Origin: Aulosira sp. ZfuVER01
Lineage (GTDB): Bacteria; Cyanobacteriota; Cyanobacteriia; Cyanobacteriales; Nostocaceae
Length of the DNA stretch: 64,000 nucleotides
NCBI GenBank assembly: GCA_034530615.2
Contig: JAVRCV020000052.1
Coordinates: 192,001-256,000, forward strand
Reading direction: 5' to 3'
The notes under the pieces are model-generated. The model did not search any database and was not told the origin of the DNA. It was given only the letters and a program-made list of their open reading frames with translations. Positions 61,178 to 64,000 of this stretch are shown here, in pieces. Within the stretch, counting starts at the first letter, position 1, and every line of letters starts with the position of its first letter. The position numbers were made by a program, and so were the translations under genes.

Positions 61178-64000
61178 CAAACGAAAAGGCAATTTTTCGC
61201 AATCGCGTAGTTGATAAAGGCCAACTGAGAAATTTAATTTCTTGGTCTTTTGTAAATTACGGGACAGCACGTACCGCAGTCATGGCGGACAAATTGAAAG
61301 ACTTAGGATTTCGCTATGCTACTAAAGCTGGGGTGTCCATCAGTGTAGACGATTTGATGGTGCCACCTTCCAAGCGAGCACTCCTAGAAGCAGCCGAAGA
61401 AGAAATTCGGGCTACAGAAGCTCGTTACCAACGGGGTGAAATTACGGAAGTAGAACGCTTCCAAAAAGTAATTGATACCTGGAACGGTACCAGTGAAGCC
61501 CTGAAAGACGAAGTAGTCGTCCACTTTAAAAAGACCAATCCCCTCAACTCCGTGTACATGATGGCATTCTCCGGCGCACGGGGTAACATCTCCCAAGTTC
61601 GGCAGTTAGTAGGGATGCGGGGATTGATGGCAGATCCCCAAGGGGAAATTATTGACTTACCAATTAAAACCAACTTCCGCGAAGGACTCACCGTCACGGA
61701 ATACATTATTTCGTCTTACGGTGCCCGGAAAGGCTTGGTAGACACAGCTTTGCGGACGGCTGACTCTGGTTATCTCACCCGTCGTCTGGTGGACGTATCC
61801 CAGGATGTGATTATCCGGGAATTTGATTGCGGCACTACTAGAGGCATTCCTATCCGAGCGATGGTAGAAGGTGGGAAAACAAAAATTCCTCTATCTACAC
61901 GCCTACATGGACGCGTAATAGCGGAAGATGTGGTAGATCCTAAGACCAAAGAAGTAATAGCCCCACGCAATACCCCAGTATCAGATGAATTGGCCGCAAA
62001 AATTCAAAAATCTGGAGTCACTGAAGTCTTTGCGCGATCGCCTCTGACTTGTGAAGCTGCACGTTCGGTTTGCCAACACTGCTACGGTTGGAGTTTAGCC
62101 CATGCCAAGATGGTGGATTTGGGCGAAGCCGTCGGGATTATCGCCGCCCAAAGTATTGGTGAACCTGGTACCCAGCTAACCATGCGGACATTCCACACAG
62201 GTGGTGTATTTACCGGGGAAGTAGCGCAGCAAGTGCGTTCCAAAACAAATGGTACTATCCGTCTGCCACGTAAATTACGCACCAGACCATATCGTACCCG
62301 CCACGGTGAAGATGCTTTATTTGTGGAAGCCAACGGCGTGATTGTTTTGGAACCGAAAAAAGAAGGTTCTGAAACTGGAGTTCACCAAGAGATTAATGTA
62401 ACTCAAGGTTCCACCCTATACATCACTGATGGACAGCAGGTAAAAACCGGGCAGTTACTCGCAGAAGTCGCCCTCGGTGGACGGACAACTCGTGCTAACA
62501 CCGAAAAAGCGGTGAAAGATGTAGCTACCGACTTGGCTGGGGAAGTACAGTTTGCCGAAGTTGTACCCGAACAAAAAACAGACCGGCAAGGCAATACCAC
62601 CACTACAGCCGCACGCGGTGGTTTGATTTGGATTTTGTCTGGGGAAGTGTATAACTTGCCACCTGGTGCAGAATTGGTAGTGAAAAATGGCGATGCGATC
62701 GCCTCCAATGGTGTACTCGCAGAAACCAAATTAACTACCTTGCATGGTGGTGCAGTCCGCTTGCCCGAAGCTACCCCTGGCAAGAGTACCAGGGAGATTG
62801 AGATTATCACCGCTTCTGTGGTCTTAGACCAAGCTACAGTCACCGTTCAAAGCTCCCAAGGTCGTAACAACTACCTAGTCTCCACTGGGAACAACCAGGT
62901 ATTTAACCTCAGAGCGACTCCAGGCACAAAAGTGCAAAATGGTCAAGTAGTAGCCGAATTAATTGATGACCGCTATCGCACTACCACCGGGGGCTTCCTG
63001 AAATTCGCTGGTGTAGAAGTTCAGAAAAAAGGTAAAGCCAAGCTTGGTTATGAAGTGGTACAGGGAGGCACATTGCTGTGGATTCCCGAAGAAAGCCATG
63101 AGGTTAATAAAGATATTTCCTTGCTGTTGGTGGAAGACGGACAATTTGTAGAAGCTGGTACCGAAGTAGTTAAGGATATCTTCTGTCAAAACAGTGGTGT
63201 GATCGAAGTTACCCAGAAAAACGACATCTTGCGGGAAGTCGTGATTAAACCAGGTGAACTGCTGATGGTAGACGATCCCGAAGCAGTCATCGGGCGAGAC
63301 AACACCTTCATTCAGCCAGGGGAAGAATTCCAAGGCACAGTTGCCACAGAATTGCGCTATATCCAGTATGTGGAGTCACCAGAAGGGCCAGCTTTATTGA
63401 GCCGTCCAGTAGTGGAGTTTGCTGTCCCTAGTAATCCTGATGTGCCTTCGACTACATCAGTCAGCCAACAAACAGGGCGTTCGATTCAGTTGCGAGCAGT
63501 ACAAAGACTACCTTACAAAGATTCCGAACGTGTCAAGTCTGTGGAAGGCGTAGAACTGCTGCGTACCCAACTAGTGTTGGAAATTGAGCAAGAAGGCGAA
63601 CAAGACCATAACGCTTCTCCCTTAGCAGCCGATATCGAATTAATCCCCGATCCTGAAGACCCAGATGTTCAGCGCTTGCAGTTGGTGATTTTGGAGTCCT
63701 TGGTAATTCGTCGCGACATCGCTGCCGACGCTACTCAAGGTAGTACCCAAACCTCCCTAGAAGTACAGGATGGTCAAAGCATCGCCCCTGGTGCAGTCGT
63801 CGCCCGTACCCAAATCTTGTGTAAAGAAGGGGGTACAGTGCGGGGTGTGCAAAAAGGCGCAGAAAATGTCCGCCGCTGTTTGGTGTTACGTGACAGTGTT
63901 GACAAAATCACCATCAATACTAACGTCCAACCCAATGTCAAAGTGGGAGACTTGTTAGTAGAAGGCGCAGAAATTGCCCCTGGAGTCTTTGCTCCCGAAT
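61174..64000 (+). CDS. rpoC2: RNA polymerase beta' subunit (3' partial; not in the ORF track)
   Basis: Manual translation [24 protein letters not shown]...; [43 protein letters not shown]; continues past the window end. Confidence 0.98.
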   Translation, partial: MTNEKAIFRNRVVDKGQLRNLISWSFVNYGTARTAVMADKLKDLGFRYATKAGVSISVDDLMVPPSKRALLEAAEEEIRATEARYQRGEITEVERFQKVIDTWNGTSEALKDEVVVHFKKTNPLNSVYMMAFSGARGNISQVRQLVGMRGLMADPQGEIIDLPIKTNFREGLTVTEYIISSYGARKGLVDTALRTADSGYLTRRLVDVSQDVIIREFDCGTTRGIPIRAMVEGGKTKIPLSTRLHGRVIAEDVVDPKTKEVIAPRNTPVSDELAAKIQKSGVTEVFARSPLTCEAARSVCQHCYGWSLAHAKMVDLGEAVGIIAAQSIGEPGTQLTMRTFHTGGVFTGEVAQQVRSKTNGTIRLPRKLRTRPYRTRHGEDALFVEANGVIVLEPKKEGSETGVHQEINVTQGSTLYITDGQQVKTGQLLAEVALGGRTTRANTEKAVKDVATDLAGEVQFAEVVPEQKTDRQGNTTTTAARGGLIWILSGEVYNLPPGAELVVKNGDAIASNGVLAETKLTTLHGGAVRLPEATPGKSTREIEIITASVVLDQATVTVQSSQGRNNYLVSTGNNQVFNLRATPGTKVQNGQVVAELIDDRYRTTTGGFLKFAGVEVQKKGKAKLGYEVVQGGTLLWIPEESHEVNKDISLLLVEDGQFVEAGTEVVKDIFCQNSGVIEVTQKNDILREVVIKPGELLMVDDPEAVIGRDNTFIQPGEEFQGTVATELRYIQYVESPEGPALLSRPVVEFAVPSNPDVPSTTSVSQQTGRSIQLRAVQRLPYKDSERVKSVEGVELLRTQLVLEIEQEGEQDHNASPLAADIELIPDPEDPDVQRLQLVILESLVIRRDIAADATQGSTQTSLEVQDGQSIAPGAVVARTQILCKEGGTVRGVQKGAENVRRCLVLRDSVDKITINTNVQPNVKVGDLLVEGAEIAPGVFAPE

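Noticed and set aside
56270..63958. Short antisense and alternate-frame ORFs over rpoB/rpoC1/rpoC2 and other long genes
   Set aside because: Shadow ORFs of conserved genes with no recognisable motifs.
1..64000. Frequent GCGATCGC octamers as a novel repeat
   Set aside because: This is HIP1, a well-known cyanobacterial genome signature.

Overview
64 kb chromosomal window from a filamentous, probably heterocyst-forming cyanobacterium (Nostocales-like). Evidence: dense HIP1 octamers GCGATCGC, heptamer/nonamer STRR repeats, split rpoC1/rpoC2, acsF, and hemH with a CAB domain. Most of it is housekeeping and signalling genes: GGDEF-EAL, ndhV, acsF, ClC channel, a double-kinase hybrid sensor, three Ser/Thr kinases with WD40 partners, purB, hemH, crtD, hslO, hisD, rpsT, tatD, rpoB-rpoC1-rpoC2. 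The main result is an AT-rich RiPP cluster at about 42.6-51.1 kb, bracketed by two hlyD paralogues. It holds a 59-aa double-glycine precursor missing from the ORF track (44699-44878; core GGSCYGGSKSKSKKSKSKKSKSKSKKYC), an APH-family kinase, a HopA1-family phospho-lyase-like protein and a C39-peptidase ABC exporter. No cyclase, decarboxylase or reductase gene is present. Several lyase motifs look degenerate against the consensus I recall, so the product may be a poly-phosphoserine/lysine (silaffin-like) peptide rather than a class V lanthipeptide; this is inference. Other points: a HisD with three substituted Zn/catalytic residues, a TM2 protein with a degenerate HEPN-like domain, an amine-oxidase gene remnant beside an HSDR_N nuclease, and a family of 44-nt structured mobile repeats, one inserted in frame inside a kinase gene. 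No rRNA, tRNA, CRISPR array or transposase was recognised.
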